In this document: piece after piece, positions 25,707 to 38,200 of the stretch
Layout of the letters: each line of letters begins with the position of its first letter
Numbering within the stretch: the stretch's first letter is position 1
Source of the DNA: Ginglymostoma cirratum
Taxonomy: Eukaryota
Assembly: GCA_024137785.1 (NCBI GenBank)
Contig: JAHRHZ010000029.1
Location: 21,294,262 to 21,358,261 of the forward strand
DNA: 64,000 nucleotides
Direction of reading: 5' to 3'
Made by a program: the position numbers and the translations under genes
Notes under the pieces: generated by a model
Seen by the model: only the letters and a program-made list of their open reading frames with translations
Databases searched by the model: none
What the model was told of the DNA's origin: nothing

Positions 25707-26061
25707 AGGCAGAATTACTTTTAGTAACACGTCAGGTTTAAGACAGAACCTTATTCAAGACAGAAAAGTACAAAACCGTTGCCCCTCTCCCGTCTACAAT
25801 ATTAAAGGCAGTTTAAAAAAATCACTTCCATCATTTAACATTATTCCCATCAGCAACTCCCATATCACCAATCATTTATGTCGTTTGAGCTGTGTTGTAA
25901 GATCACATCATTTAACACCCTTTGTTTTTAAAACATCGTTTTTTATGTGAACCATGTTCCCTTGGTCCATTGTGGATTGTTCCTTTTCATTATTGCATTG
26001 CAAACAGAGTTTCATGAAGAAATCTTGCGGCTCTGGCGTGTGTGTGGAATGGTATCCGGCC

Positions 26062-26124
26062 TCAGGCGTTTGGATTAGTCTTCATCAGCTCAATATCAGC
26101 CGCTACCATCTCCCTGACCAGTTC
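26062..26124 (-). CDS. GMDS: GDP-mannose 4,6-dehydratase, last coding exon
   Basis: Reads ELVREMVAADIELMKTNPNA* (human: ELVREMVHADVELMRTNPNA*), preceded by the acceptor ...CTGTGCTTATGTGCAG; phase 0. Confidence 0.96.
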   Translation of the reverse strand, partial: ELVREMVAADIELMKTNPNA

Positions 26125-26565
26125 CTGCACATAAGCACAGCAGCATCAGCTCAGCCACCGAATCACCCGCGTTAGAAAGACAGTGAGCTAACATTGGGAA
26201 GTGCGTGAACTTCACAAACCCAAACAGTGAAAAAAAGAACGTGAAACTTTTAACAGTGGCGAAAGAAAGTGAGAGAAAAGAAGAAACAGAATCTACTATT
26301 TTAACTCAAAAGTACAGATCCACAGCGTTTATTTGTTTCTGTCACGGAGTTTAGGGGAGAGGGTTCAATTAAATCAGTCGTCAACTCGTTGCAATACAGA
26401 ATTTAACAGGGAGGTACGGGGCCTATCTGGGGTATTCAGACACCACACAAATGGATTCAAAGAAAAACACAACCCAGCTATTGGGGTGTAGGAAAATTGA
26501 GAACTTTCAAATTCACTTCCTCAATATTTGCAACACCACCCCCCCCCCAAATAAAAGCCACTTAC

Positions 26566-26634
26566 GTCAAATGCAACTTTTGGCTTCCATCCCAATTTCT
26601 GCAGCGCTTTGCTGCTGTCTCCTTGCAGAAAATC
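26566..26634 (-). CDS. GMDS: GDP-mannose 4,6-dehydratase, penultimate exon (69 nt)
   Basis: Reads DFLQGDSSKALQKLGWKPKVAFD (human: [23 protein letters not shown]); acceptor TTCTTCTTTCTCCAG, donor GTAAGT; 441-nt intron to the last exon. Confidence 0.96.
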
Positions 26635-28380
26635 CTGGAGAAAGAAGAATCACAGGGTCAACGTCAAACGACACTACACTACTGTGTTTAACAGTGTTTG
26701 CATTTTTATAGATTATTACCGCTCCTTTAGCTAAAACCTCCACAAGGCGCTCGGGTAATCGAGCCCCGCGGCAGCGAAGAGTCTCTCTGGGATGTGGCAG
26801 GTTTAAGGTCAGGGGTAAGGTTGGGGTCGAGTCGCTGACAGGTACCACCCTGACTGAGTTCCCGCTGGCGTTCAAACTGACGGAGACGGTCGAATTTGTC
26901 GCCTTTATTTGGCCGAAGAAGTTAAGGCGCCCGAAAGACTGTTTATTAAATTAGATCATCTCTCTCTCTCCCCGGCACTGAATAGAATTGCTGCTACCTT
27001 AAACACCGCTTGGCATTTCATTGGTGTTCTCAATTTCGGAGACCGTCTGAGTTACTTGCTGCCAAATATTTGAGATTGAATTTTAAAAAAAAACTGCTTG
27101 ACAATCCAAATCTGCGAAAAAGTACCCTATGCCACTTTTTAAAAAAACAAAATTACACGGGCCAACAATAACTTTATTTTTAACAACACGCTTTTAAAAG
27201 AACTGAACCACGCATTTCTAACCGATTTATCCCCACACTCAAACTCCGCATTTACTGCCTTTCACTAAGCGCTAACCTTGAACTTGCCCGAAAAAAACAA
27301 TCCCCAACGGATTCTGTTGTATTTATACCAATAAACAAGGTAGCTACAGAATACTGGATGCATTTAATTAAAATTACGTCTGCATTTTCCTTTCAAGTTG
27401 AATTTGATGTTTTAACTAAATAATACACTCTTAATTCGGGCCACAATAATACTGGAGGTTAAACGGGCTCTTCAAAAATGTCAACTGATTTTCACCGCTG
27501 TGTTCTTAGTCCTGTATTTGCCAAAGGCGCCACTATTTGCAAAACGTGGTGTATTTTTTGAACAAATGTATTCAGAGACAAAAACCATCCAAGGACAATT
27601 AAATCAAATCCGCGAATTTCTCGGCTCCTGATCTGAATTCTTAACACTTTCGTTCCTTCTTTTTCATCCAGTATCGATTCACTTCTCCACCAAATTCTTT
27701 TACAACATTTCCTCTAGGCTGCCTCACATCAGAATCAGCACTAGCTGGTTGTTGTTGGCAGGAGAATCCAATGGAACATTACATTCATGTTGAACACTCT
27801 TTATCATTGAGGCAACTGATTCCAAACAGCACAATAACCAATAACTTGGCAGGTCCATGCTTAACTGAACTCATCTGTTATTCAAGTCCAAAGTACATGA
27901 TTGCTTTGGCATGTTTCTGACAGGTTGTCTTGGCTTCAGTTTTCAGTTTATGAAAGGGTCACTTCAGAGTATCAATGAATTACATACAGTTCACAGATAC
28001 AAAAAGACAATGGTATACTGTACCTCACCTCAAAGAGGATATAATACAAAGAGGCAGAAGTGATGCTTCAGTTTTGGTTATTCAGCCTTAGGCCACTGCT
28101 TCAATTCTGGCTGAAACGAGTCAGATTCTTTTTTGTTTTATTTATTAAGGAAATGAATGGGGATAGGCAGGAAAGTGGAGTTGGAGATATCAAATTGGCC
28201 ATGATCTCAACAAATGGCAAGTGGACTCAGTGGACGAAACAGCCTAAATCTGCTCCTATGTTTTCTGGTCTTATACTTCAGGATACTGAACATCAGAATG
28301 GATGTACTAGACTTGGGATCAACACGGTACTGAAAAACTAGATAACCAGCAATTATGAGGACTAGTTGCATAAACTACTC

Positions 28381-28510
28381 CTGAAGAAGAGTAGTGATGC
28401 AACTGAAATGTTAGCTGTTTTTCTCTTCACAGATGCTCAGGCCCTAGTGAGTTTCTCCAGCACTTTGTTTATATTTCAGATTCCCAAACACTACACTGCT
28501 TTTATTTGCA
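28381..28510 (+). mobile_element. Degenerate Penelope-like terminal repeat
   Basis: CTGAAGAAGAGT...ACTGAAATGTTA, then TTCTCTTCACAGATGCT...GAGTTTCTCCAGCACTTTG...TTTCAGATT. Confidence 0.65.
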
Positions 28511-28585
28511 TTAATTTGGTTTTATTCCCTTGAGTATAGAAGATTGGAAGGGCTGTTGATCTAATGAGTTTTGAAAATTATCAAC

Positions 28586-29014
28586 GGATCAGCTGTGACT
28601 CAGTGAGGAGTTTTCAGGCATTTGAGGCACAAGGTTGAGAGTTCAAGTCCCACTCTGGAGATTCAAGCACAAATATCTTGACTGACACTTTAATAATGAG
28701 GGAGTGATCTACATTCTTTTTTGGTGCTTGGTTAAACCAGGGTTCTGTTTGCCCTCACAGGTGGATGAAAGGTCTGGCAGCACCATTTTGAAAAGCACCA
28801 GGGTATTTATCCCTTCTGTCCTCAGTAATAATTATCCCCCAGAAAACATCACAAAGACAAATTATCTGGCTATTATCACACGGCTATTTGTACGATCTTC
28901 CCATGCACACACTATCTGTTGCATTTTCTAGACTATAACAGTGACTGCACTTCACCGGCAGAGCCCTGGACATCCTGAGGTTATGAAAGGCACTATATAA
29001 ATGCAAGTCTTTTT
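28586..29014 (+). mobile_element. DeuSINE (SacSINE1/AmnSINE-like)
   Basis: tRNA-like head (GACTCAGTG...GTTCAAGTCCC), Deu-domain-like GTTAAACCAGGG...CAGGTGGATGAAAG...AACATCACAAAGACAAATTATCTGG and tail AAGGCACTATATAAATGCAAGTCTTT. A second tail fragment lies at ~31440-31540. Confidence 0.8.
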
Positions 29015-31639
29015 TAAGATAGTATAGGTACAGAACACTTTCCTCTTTTGAAGCGATGCAACAACAGGAGAGCACAATCTTAAAATTAGAGCTATGTCAC
29101 AATACAGTGAAATAAAAAAGCAAAGAATCTTCATACAAAGAGTGGTGGGTATCTGGAACTCACTCCCTCAAAGCACAGTTAATGTTAAGATAATTGAAAA
29201 TTTTAAGTCTGGAAACCAATACATTTTTGTTAAGTAAGGATATTAATGAATACAGATAAAGAGTGAGTAATTGCTCAGGCATAGATTAGCCATTACATAT
29301 ATTGTAACAGATTCAAGGTACTGAATGAATGGCATTTGAACCTATTTTCTTCATCAGGCCCTTGTTTAACATTAAATGTTGTGATTGCAATGAAGACATG
29401 AGAACAATGTTTCAAAGCATTGACAAAATTATATTTTAAAAGACAATAGTCCTGTAATTGTCAAGATACCTGTTAACTAATTCAACTGTAGTTAAAGTTG
29501 TGTAATTGGTTATTCTTGTAGTGTTTCCAACTGTGGGAGCTGTTTAATACAGGATGATGTGACATATATTAGGACACATTTATAGTCATTCAAAGCATTA
29601 TTCTACAATGTTAAAATAATTGGCAACTGAAATGTATTATGTTCTTCTTCTATTGCTGTGAAAGTTGATTGCTTTTTCTTCACTGAACAAATTAGCTTAT
29701 TTGGAATCCATTCCTGTGCTTTTTTAAAAGTAGAGATGTGCACTTGTCAAATAACACGCTACTTTAATTATCATAATTGAAAACTGAATGTGTGACAGCA
29801 CAATCATCTCAGTGATAATCCCTTTTATTTGACCATTTTCAAGAAGTCTGTTTAGCTGTAGAGAGCAAGATAATAATATTTTCTATCTTTTCGAGTGTAA
29901 GGAATCACATACATGGAGCGTGAAAAAGCCCACAGAAGAAATCAATTTTTCCAAAAGCAGCTGCGCAACTTAGAAGAAATGGGATTGTGATTTTCACTGC
30001 CCAATTACAAGAACACATTTCATTCTGATGCAATATTAATTTTTCTGGTTAAGTCTGCATGCATTCACATTCCTTCTGTAGGAGATATATATGCATTTTA
30101 AAATCACTTGATAAAAATCTTAACTTCTATTTTAAATTTCACAAAAATTTCAGCACAAAAGCAGGAAGATGACAAAGTAACTTTTGATGACATATTTTAA
30201 TTATTGATTCTGAACTGATCTGTTAATTTTTGTAAAGCATTGCTAAAAAGACAGTTGTGCATGAATTGCAAGGAAGCAGAAATTTGCTTTTAAGGTCCTC
30301 CACCTGTTGCCGTGTGCTTGGGATTACTTACTGTCAGAATCAGGCACTGCTGGGAAATGCATTTAATCCAACCACTTAAATTGGAGAATAAGCACAGAAA
30401 CAGGAGAGGCAGTGGAGTGAAAAAAGATTTTTTCGCTTAAGATCTTATCAAAGCACCAAACAACAATCACTCAGTGTGCAAACATGACTACCTGACAAAT
30501 ATCTCCAAGTTCTTGGGACTGTGATTTTATATTTGGCTAAGTACAACTGCTCCACAGCGCATTTGGTAGTTCCACACACAGATTGGCTGTCTTTTCAGAA
30601 TACTGGACTCTTTGACGGAGAAGCACTTTATTGGAAACTTTGGTTAAAATGCACAGTAACTAAATTTTCTAAAGGCTAAGTGCTTATTTAAGTACCGTTT
30701 TTTTTAAACTTAAGTACATGAAACAGTGTACTAACCTCACTTTCACCACAAATCATTCTACGACCATAGTCCCAACTCACTCCTTTATTTCCAAATTGTT
30801 TTTTAATTTCTTAACAGAGTGTTATCATATATCTCCTTCACTATATACAGTTTACATCCTGCAAGGTGTCAGAATAACTTGTAGATTTTTCTGGTCAGTG
30901 GCATTTAGGTGGTACCACTGCAGCTGCCTGTCGCCTCAATGGCTTGTGAAGACTTAGCCAGAATTCCAAATTTTACATCACTTTGAAAAATTAGATCTTG
31001 TAATTATGAAACCATGAAAACAAGCTCATCTATTAATTAATTCCTTAAAAATAGAATTGCCAAAAATATCATTCCACAATTTTTTAAAATTTTTGTTCAC
31101 TTATTAGATTCCACATGTTTAATAATGTCTGAATCGTATTTATATGTATTTTAGTTTGAATTTTCCATTAATTCAAAATTAGCAATGCAGCTAATATAAT
31201 AAAATAGGACTGAGCTAATACTAAATTAGCAAATTATTTAAACACCTATAGCTGAAAGCTGGACATTGTCCTTTTACTTAAGCAGTACTTGTTGACATAG
31301 TTAGGGAAAAAGGAGTTATTGATCTTGATAGTATGAGAGTGCTAAATTAACACAAAAAGAGATGCAGGATTTGATTCCATAGTAGCAAGACAGTGGAGCT
31401 TATCACTGGTATCACTATTGTCCTCTACTGGTAGTAATCCACTACAACTTTGCTACAATTGAAAAAAAACTTCAATGGTTGTAAAGGGCTCCGTGATATC
31501 TTGAAGTTGTGATAAATGCTATATAAATGCAAATCTTGGTGCAGCCAGAGTAGCAAAAATTCAATAAACTTGTTGTTGTCATGACTGCTATTACTTCAAC
31601 TGTTGAAACTGGCAGAAAACCAGCCATGCTCTGGGATAA

Positions 31640-31897
31640 GTAAAAACAAAAGTGCCGGAGAACATCAGCAGGCCTGGCAATATCCATGAAGAGAGAAACA
31701 GAATTACCATTTTGAGTCCATATGTCTCCTCATCACAACTGTAGCAGTTCTGGAGTTCTGAGTTCTGAAGAAAAATCATTCTAGACTCGAAACATTAATT
31801 CGGTTTCTCTCTCTACAAATACTGCCAGATATGCTGGGTTTCCCCATCACTTTCTATTTTTATTTCAGATTTCTAACATTTGCAGCATTTTGCTTTT
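31640..31897. mobile_element. Head-to-head inverted pair of Penelope-like terminal repeats
   Basis: Minus copy ~31640-31740 and plus copy ~31762-31897 (CTGAAGAAAAATCATTCTAGACTCGAAACATTA). Confidence 0.7.
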
Positions 31898-34674
31898 ATA
31901 TGCTCTGGGACAAGCTGTTCCAAGGTTTTACTTTTAGCAGACTGATGATAAGCAAATGTTACATTTTTAAAAGGTTGGCCATATTTAATGTACTTATTTT
32001 GAATAGAAAAATATTGGGAATGGGTGAACTCTAGAGCATCCTGCCCTATAATAACAATGGTTTTCTATTGCTAGCCAGGATTCCTGATTTTAGAAATGAG
32101 TGAAAAGTAAGTTTGCAGTGTGAAGGCCAAGAATGCATATTGGAAAAATGGGCAGCACTAAACTGGTTGCTGGAAAAATTCATCTCAAAAGATTAATTCA
32201 AGAGTGCACCAGGGTTTAATTTCAGCTACCTCATAACACAAGCTTAGTAATTATTCCAGGTGAGATAACGCTAAATCTTTTGTATATTTAAAGTATTTTT
32301 TTCTGTGGTACATGTCGAAGAAGTAAGTGTATTACATGCAGCTCACAATGGTGAATGCATGAGAACACTGCCTAAGCACCAGTGAATTAGTAACAATTCA
32401 GTACTGAAAATCCACATTTTACTTTTGGCTTTAGACAAATTTTTATTAAGACCAAATTTTGCTCTGAATATTCTGGTTCAATACTGATTCAATACCACTA
32501 CCATTTTTGATGTGTGTAAAATTATATTCGTTGCACTCTAACTGGAGACATAATTACGTGTTCTTAAATGCATACAAGTAACTTCCACTTAATATAAAAT
32601 TGCCAATATGTGAATTTATAAAGGAGCAAATGGAGTATAAAGGCATTTTTATCAGTACAAAACTAAATTGCATGCCTTGTATTGACTCAGTAGATTTGCA
32701 TAAAGAACCAGTCATGTTGAATAGGCATATCCCAGATTTACTCCTGTAGCTATGTTGACCACAGAAGGATTCATGGTAAGGATGCTTCTAATTAAATTCA
32801 GTGCTCCCATTTTAACTAGCAAGAAACTAACATTCCTGATTCTTACTGCCAATTATTGAACTTACAGTCAGTGAGCACATGAGAACAACAAACAAGCACA
32901 TCCATTGCGGTGCTCTGTGTGATCAAGTAACGAGCTTACATTCACACATGCATTAAGATCACTTGGGAAATGTGCAAGAAGGTGGTCAATGCCTGTGGAA
33001 CTATAACCTATTAAGAAGTGAATAGCTTAAGTGGAGGGATAGAGAAAAAAAACTGTGACCATGTACAAAATGAAAAATGGTTAAGTAGCTTTTAATGTTA
33101 AATTGCACTTTGTTTGGCGCAATATGCTACAAATGATGTGTGACACAAAAGGTGGCAAACCATAACATATAAATTTGGTTTGAATGTCAGCACAAAATAA
33201 GCAATCACCAAATGGTAGACTGTTTTACACTCAGCTCAATTTTCTTTTCCTTTGGCATCAATTGCAAAATGGCTTATCAACTTGCAGTCGCCAGTTTTGC
33301 AAGACTGCCCAAGATTAACTTGCACACGCTCCAAAGTTTGCGACCTTAACTTAGCTTTTTAAAATGTTTTTCGAGAGTTCCAGATGCAGGGTGACCATCA
33401 TTGGACGTTAAAACTTCCTGAATAATTTCTGCATATTTTAGTGCTTCATGACTCTTTGTAACATATCTTTCAGGGTATGCTGCTTCAATGACTAGCTTCG
33501 AATTGTAAGATCAGGGTCATTTTTCATATGCGTCTCAATGTTCGATTGGGTCTAAGACACATTTTATCTGCTATTCCTGAAGTCTTAATGTTTCAACTGG
33601 CCACAGCTTCAGAGCATGCAGAAGTTAATCATTTAATAAACCACAATTAATCAATGACAACTCTGCCTAGTGCTATCATTTCAGCGTAAGAACTCAAAAG
33701 ACGATGTTGCTGTTTGCATTTGCTTGAATACCTCAAACATGTAATGCATTAATATGTGCTGAGAAACCTCATTTAATTTCTAAAAGTATGCAACAATGAA
33801 TATTATGCATCACAAATGTCTAAGATCTTTGAAAAATACCTACACCGTGACTACTTATTATTTCAGATGCAATTATTTCCACAGGGAACTATAATAAATC
33901 ACAAGAGAAAGTAACTATGCAAATATTACACAAAATGCAATGCAGATACCCAGTGAAATAGCTGAAATAACAGACAGTCTTTTAAACATACAAAATTATC
34001 AGTAACATTTCTGATATATAAATATTTAAGATGACAAAGCTATTAGCATACAATATCACAAATTTGAACTTTACAACCTCATAGCAACATTCACAATGAC
34101 ACATCAAGATGGAACAACCTCTCCCCAGAAGATATTGTCGACCTCTGGTAGCTGGTTCAAGAGTTACCAGTTAATCGTCTTGTAAAGGTTCCTCTGCCTA
34201 CACCTCAGCCTGGACCATTGCAGAGCAGAGGTGGACTGCAGGAGAGGATCCCAAAAGGATAGAAACAAAAAAGACAAAGGTGATTTTTAAGAATGTTTAT
34301 TTAGTTAGCTCTACAAAGAACTGTTCACAAATTATATTCTACATTAAAGTAGCAATTTCAAACATTGAATTGACAGTTTATATATTTTGATAAAATTATT
34401 GAAAAGCTGAAAGATTTTTTGTGTTACCCTACAGTTTAATACTCAGATTAAACTCATCAAAAATGCATGTGGAATATATGATGACATTTGCTCTGATCTG
34501 TTTTCTCACTAGTTACAGCCTGTGGCAGTGATTTCAATATTAAAAGAGCAGCTGTATGCAAAAGAGTTTTGGTCTTTTTGATGTTGATTCAAAACTTTTA
34601 AAATAATTAAAATTCCCAGGAATTCTCGCATCAACTGCTAAATTTAAAAATGATAAAATACTGCAGATGCTTGT

Positions 34675-35218
34675 CACTGAGTCATATACCTATCCAGATG
34701 CCTTTTAAATGTTGTAATGGTACCAGCTTCCACCACTTCCTGTGGCAGCTCATTCCATTCACGCACTTCGCTCAGTGTGAAAAAAGTTGCCCTTAGGACC
34801 CTTTTAAATCTTTCCTCTCTCACCTTAAACATATGCTCTCTAGTTTTGGACTCCCCAACCCTGGGAAAAAGACCTCGACTATTCACCCTATCCATGCCCC
34901 TCACGATTTTAAAAACCTCTAAAAGATCACCCCTCACCCTCTGTTGCTGCAGGGAAAATAGCACCAGCCTATTCAGCCTCTTCCAATAGCTCAAACCCTC
35001 CAACCTCGGCAACCCATCCTTGTAAATCTTTTTCTGATCCCTTTCAAGTTTGGCAACATTTTTCCCAAAGAAAGGAGACTAGAACTGGACATAGTATTCC
35101 AAAAGTAGCCTGACCATGTCCTGTACAGCTGCAACATGACATTCTGGCTCCTATACTTAATGCACTGACCAATAAAGGCAAGCAAACCAAACGCCTTCTT
35201 CGCTTCCCTGTCTACCTT
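34675..35218 (-). mobile_element. CR1/HER1 LINE ORF2 C-terminal fragment
   Basis: RFTRM..PRLEGLSYWKRLNRLVLFSLQQQRVRGDLLEVFKIVRGMDRVN...WNELPQEVVEAGTITTFKRHLDRYM, frameshifted. Confidence 0.92.
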
Positions 35219-38200
35219 TGAGTAGATTACTGTCATCTGTGATCTGGTCATGTACTTACATCATAATGGTTGTTTACTAACTTCAAGATTTTGGTGAAGT
35301 CATCTTAAATGTTTACACCTAACTTTATAATAATACACCAAGTCTTTGATTGCATTTGATGGAATGGTCATTCACATGAGAAAAATCTGAAGTAGCAGCA
35401 AAATAATTCATTAGCAATAGCAAATCAAAATGCCTGTGTGGGCGGAATGTCTTGAAAACAAATAAAGTACTACAGCAAACAGATAAGGACTGAATACTTT
35501 ATTTCCGTGACTAGTGAAAAGAAATCAATAGCCACTAGGCTGGACTGACTGATCATCAGGGTGTGAGTCAAAATTTACAAACACAGACATGCCACTAATA
35601 CGCATTTGCCAAAGGAGCATGACCAAGTTGCAAATTTATATATTAAAAAAAAAGGTGTATCTCACCAGTAGTGGTTGAGGAATTCTGTGATAAGAGTCAC
35701 AAGTGGCATTTGTGTTTGAATTTCTTCCTTTCACATGGGGGCAGAGTAGTGGAATAAACCAGGCACCAAGGGAATGAAGGAATGCTGGTATGTATTTTTT
35801 TTCTGGATTGTGAGAGAAATCTATATCAGCATGGCATGAGTGGGCACGTTCAACACTGTGGGGCCAGGGCTTAAATTCTGCTTTAGAATATTAAGGTTTT
35901 TATAATATTGCCCCATAAATAGCTCTGAACAAAATAAAGCTCTGCATTTTCTACAAGCCAGTCACAAACCATTGTGACTCATTTCAGATCAAGGACTAAT
36001 TTCCTTCCCTCTAGTTTCATAGTTAAGTTTACTTCAGCATTCTTATCTTATCAGTATCATAATCTCACATTTCATCAAGTCTAAACAAGGATCCCACCTC
36101 ACAAAAAAAACTCATTTCACTCTATGCCTTTATATAAGCACAAACTGACCTAGAAAACAGAGCCTGTTTAATGAGCAAGGGTGATAAGAGATTGGAGGGG
36201 GGGGCGGTGGTTGGGGGTGGAGGTGTGTGGAAATACACAGTTAACTGTCTGGTCTGCTCAGGAAGTTGCAAATCAGTGGTATTGTCCATCAGGGGGGCTG
36301 ACAGAATGCCGCCAGTGCCCAAACAATGCTTGAGCTCCACTTTGGGGAAATGAAGTCAGTCAGCGCCGGCTTTGACAAGCACACTGACAAAGGAGATAAA
36401 CCACAAACAGGACAAAACAAGGGATACTGGGATATGGACTTCGAAAGAATGCCAATTACACAGGAGCCTGTTATGCCAGACAATACTGCTTTTGCTTCAT
36501 CATATGGAGTAGCTGGAGGAATCCTATTAAACACAGGTTTCACAGTCGCATCTTAACTTGGCAACAGATTGTCAGAAGCCATGCAATGAGTATGTACTGA
36601 GTAAAAGTAAAACTTAGGAGTCTGCTAATCCTACTCAGAGTGCTGTCTTCACTAAGCTCCACAAAGGAGGAAGTCAAGGCACCAACCTTTCACATTACAT
36701 CATATAAAAGCCTCATTTATCACCAGCCAACATACATCTAGAAAATCATAACATCCTTTCAGGAAAATCATGTGGAAAATAATCAGATTTACTTCAGCGA
36801 AAGCTTTCCGTATCAAGGTCCAACTTCTGACACCGTTACTGTAAACTTGTGCAAGTGTATTTCAACAACCAATCAAGATTAATGGAAAAAGTCCCTCATG
36901 GTGTGCTATTAAACTCTACCACTGGTAAAAACTCAATACTAAAGTCAACCATCTCATCAGATAGCCAGAAGGCAATCTTAACTCTTGAAGGAAGTCAGGC
37001 AGGAATGAAACATCATCTGTCTATGGTATATGTTCATTAAGGATTGACTCTGCTTTAGGATCTCATTAGGTTTAAGCCCCACAGAACAAAAAGTTTCCAA
37101 GTTTATCAAAGGTCCATGTTGAGTTGACTGATCACAACTGCAGCCAATTTAAGGACACTAGAGATCTTGTGCCTGATTGATACAGAGTAAATTTGACTGG
37201 AAGTGCAAATTTGTGAACACCATAGACCCACAGGAGAGCTTACTCACAATGTCCTCTGCAAATTATTAGCCTGGCAACTGTGCCAAGACCAACTTGAGCG
37301 AAAGTGCAACTGTTGGCCTTAACTACTGCACTTGAAATGTCAATGCCTTTCAGAAACCCATCTTGGATACATAGAGATAATAAAATTAATCTGATTTAAT
37401 GACATCTGCCTGCAAGTGTTGTGCACACAAATAAAAACTTTCTGTCTTACACACACTGTAATAGTTGAAGTTACATTGTTTTGTACATTACAAAGGAAAT
37501 CAGATGCTGGCAATGAACAGGATACAAGTATTAACAGGCCTGCACTAATACAGGTACATGATACAGGTCGGGGGTCAGGTTTTGTCAGTTCAAGCGCCAG
37601 ATCCACAAATCATTTCCACCTGTGGATTCCCTCTCCTCTCAAGCAGTAAAACAAGAGATTGTGGCAAAATGCGTTCCACAAAACACTAACTGTTCTTTCC
37701 TTCAAGCATGGCATATTAAAAGCAAATTACTGCAATGGAAAACAAAAGGACCTTCTCACTAATGGATATTGTAAACTACTCAATAAATAAAACACATAAA
37801 ATGTGATCAGAAACCCAAAGAAGGAATTGTTTTGTTGCAGATTCTTCATAAAATTCAGACTTGTTAATGATGCAAAGCTCCAGGGAAATAAATAATTTTA
37901 AATAAATTTCACGCCGTGATGGGACTTTCTTTATTTTATTACTTTATTAAAACTACCTGGAAATAAAAATATACAGGCTTTTCTTATATAGAGAATGATA
38001 AATTGAGTCACTGTCTCATTCTGGTCTTCAGCGTTGCTTAGTTACAAAGTAGAAATTAAGAAGCTTGAAACAACACAGAATACTGCGTTAACTGCGTTTC
38101 TGCTCATCTATGCATGATCCTTAAACTACTAACAAAACATTTTCTGTTTTCCCTCTTCCCTGCCCCACTTTCCACTAGTGATTAAAAAAAGTCAGACAGA

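Larger units (their letters stand above)
28020..29345 (+). mobile_element. Old fragmented CR1 LINE with nested insertions
   Basis: CR1 ORF2/3' UTR pieces at ~28020-28380, 28510-28585 and 29015-29345, interrupted by a Penelope repeat and a SINE. Confidence 0.65.

Noticed and set aside
36289-36556. Short ORFs as a missing GMDS exon
   Set aside because: No similarity to the GMDS protein in the frames examined.
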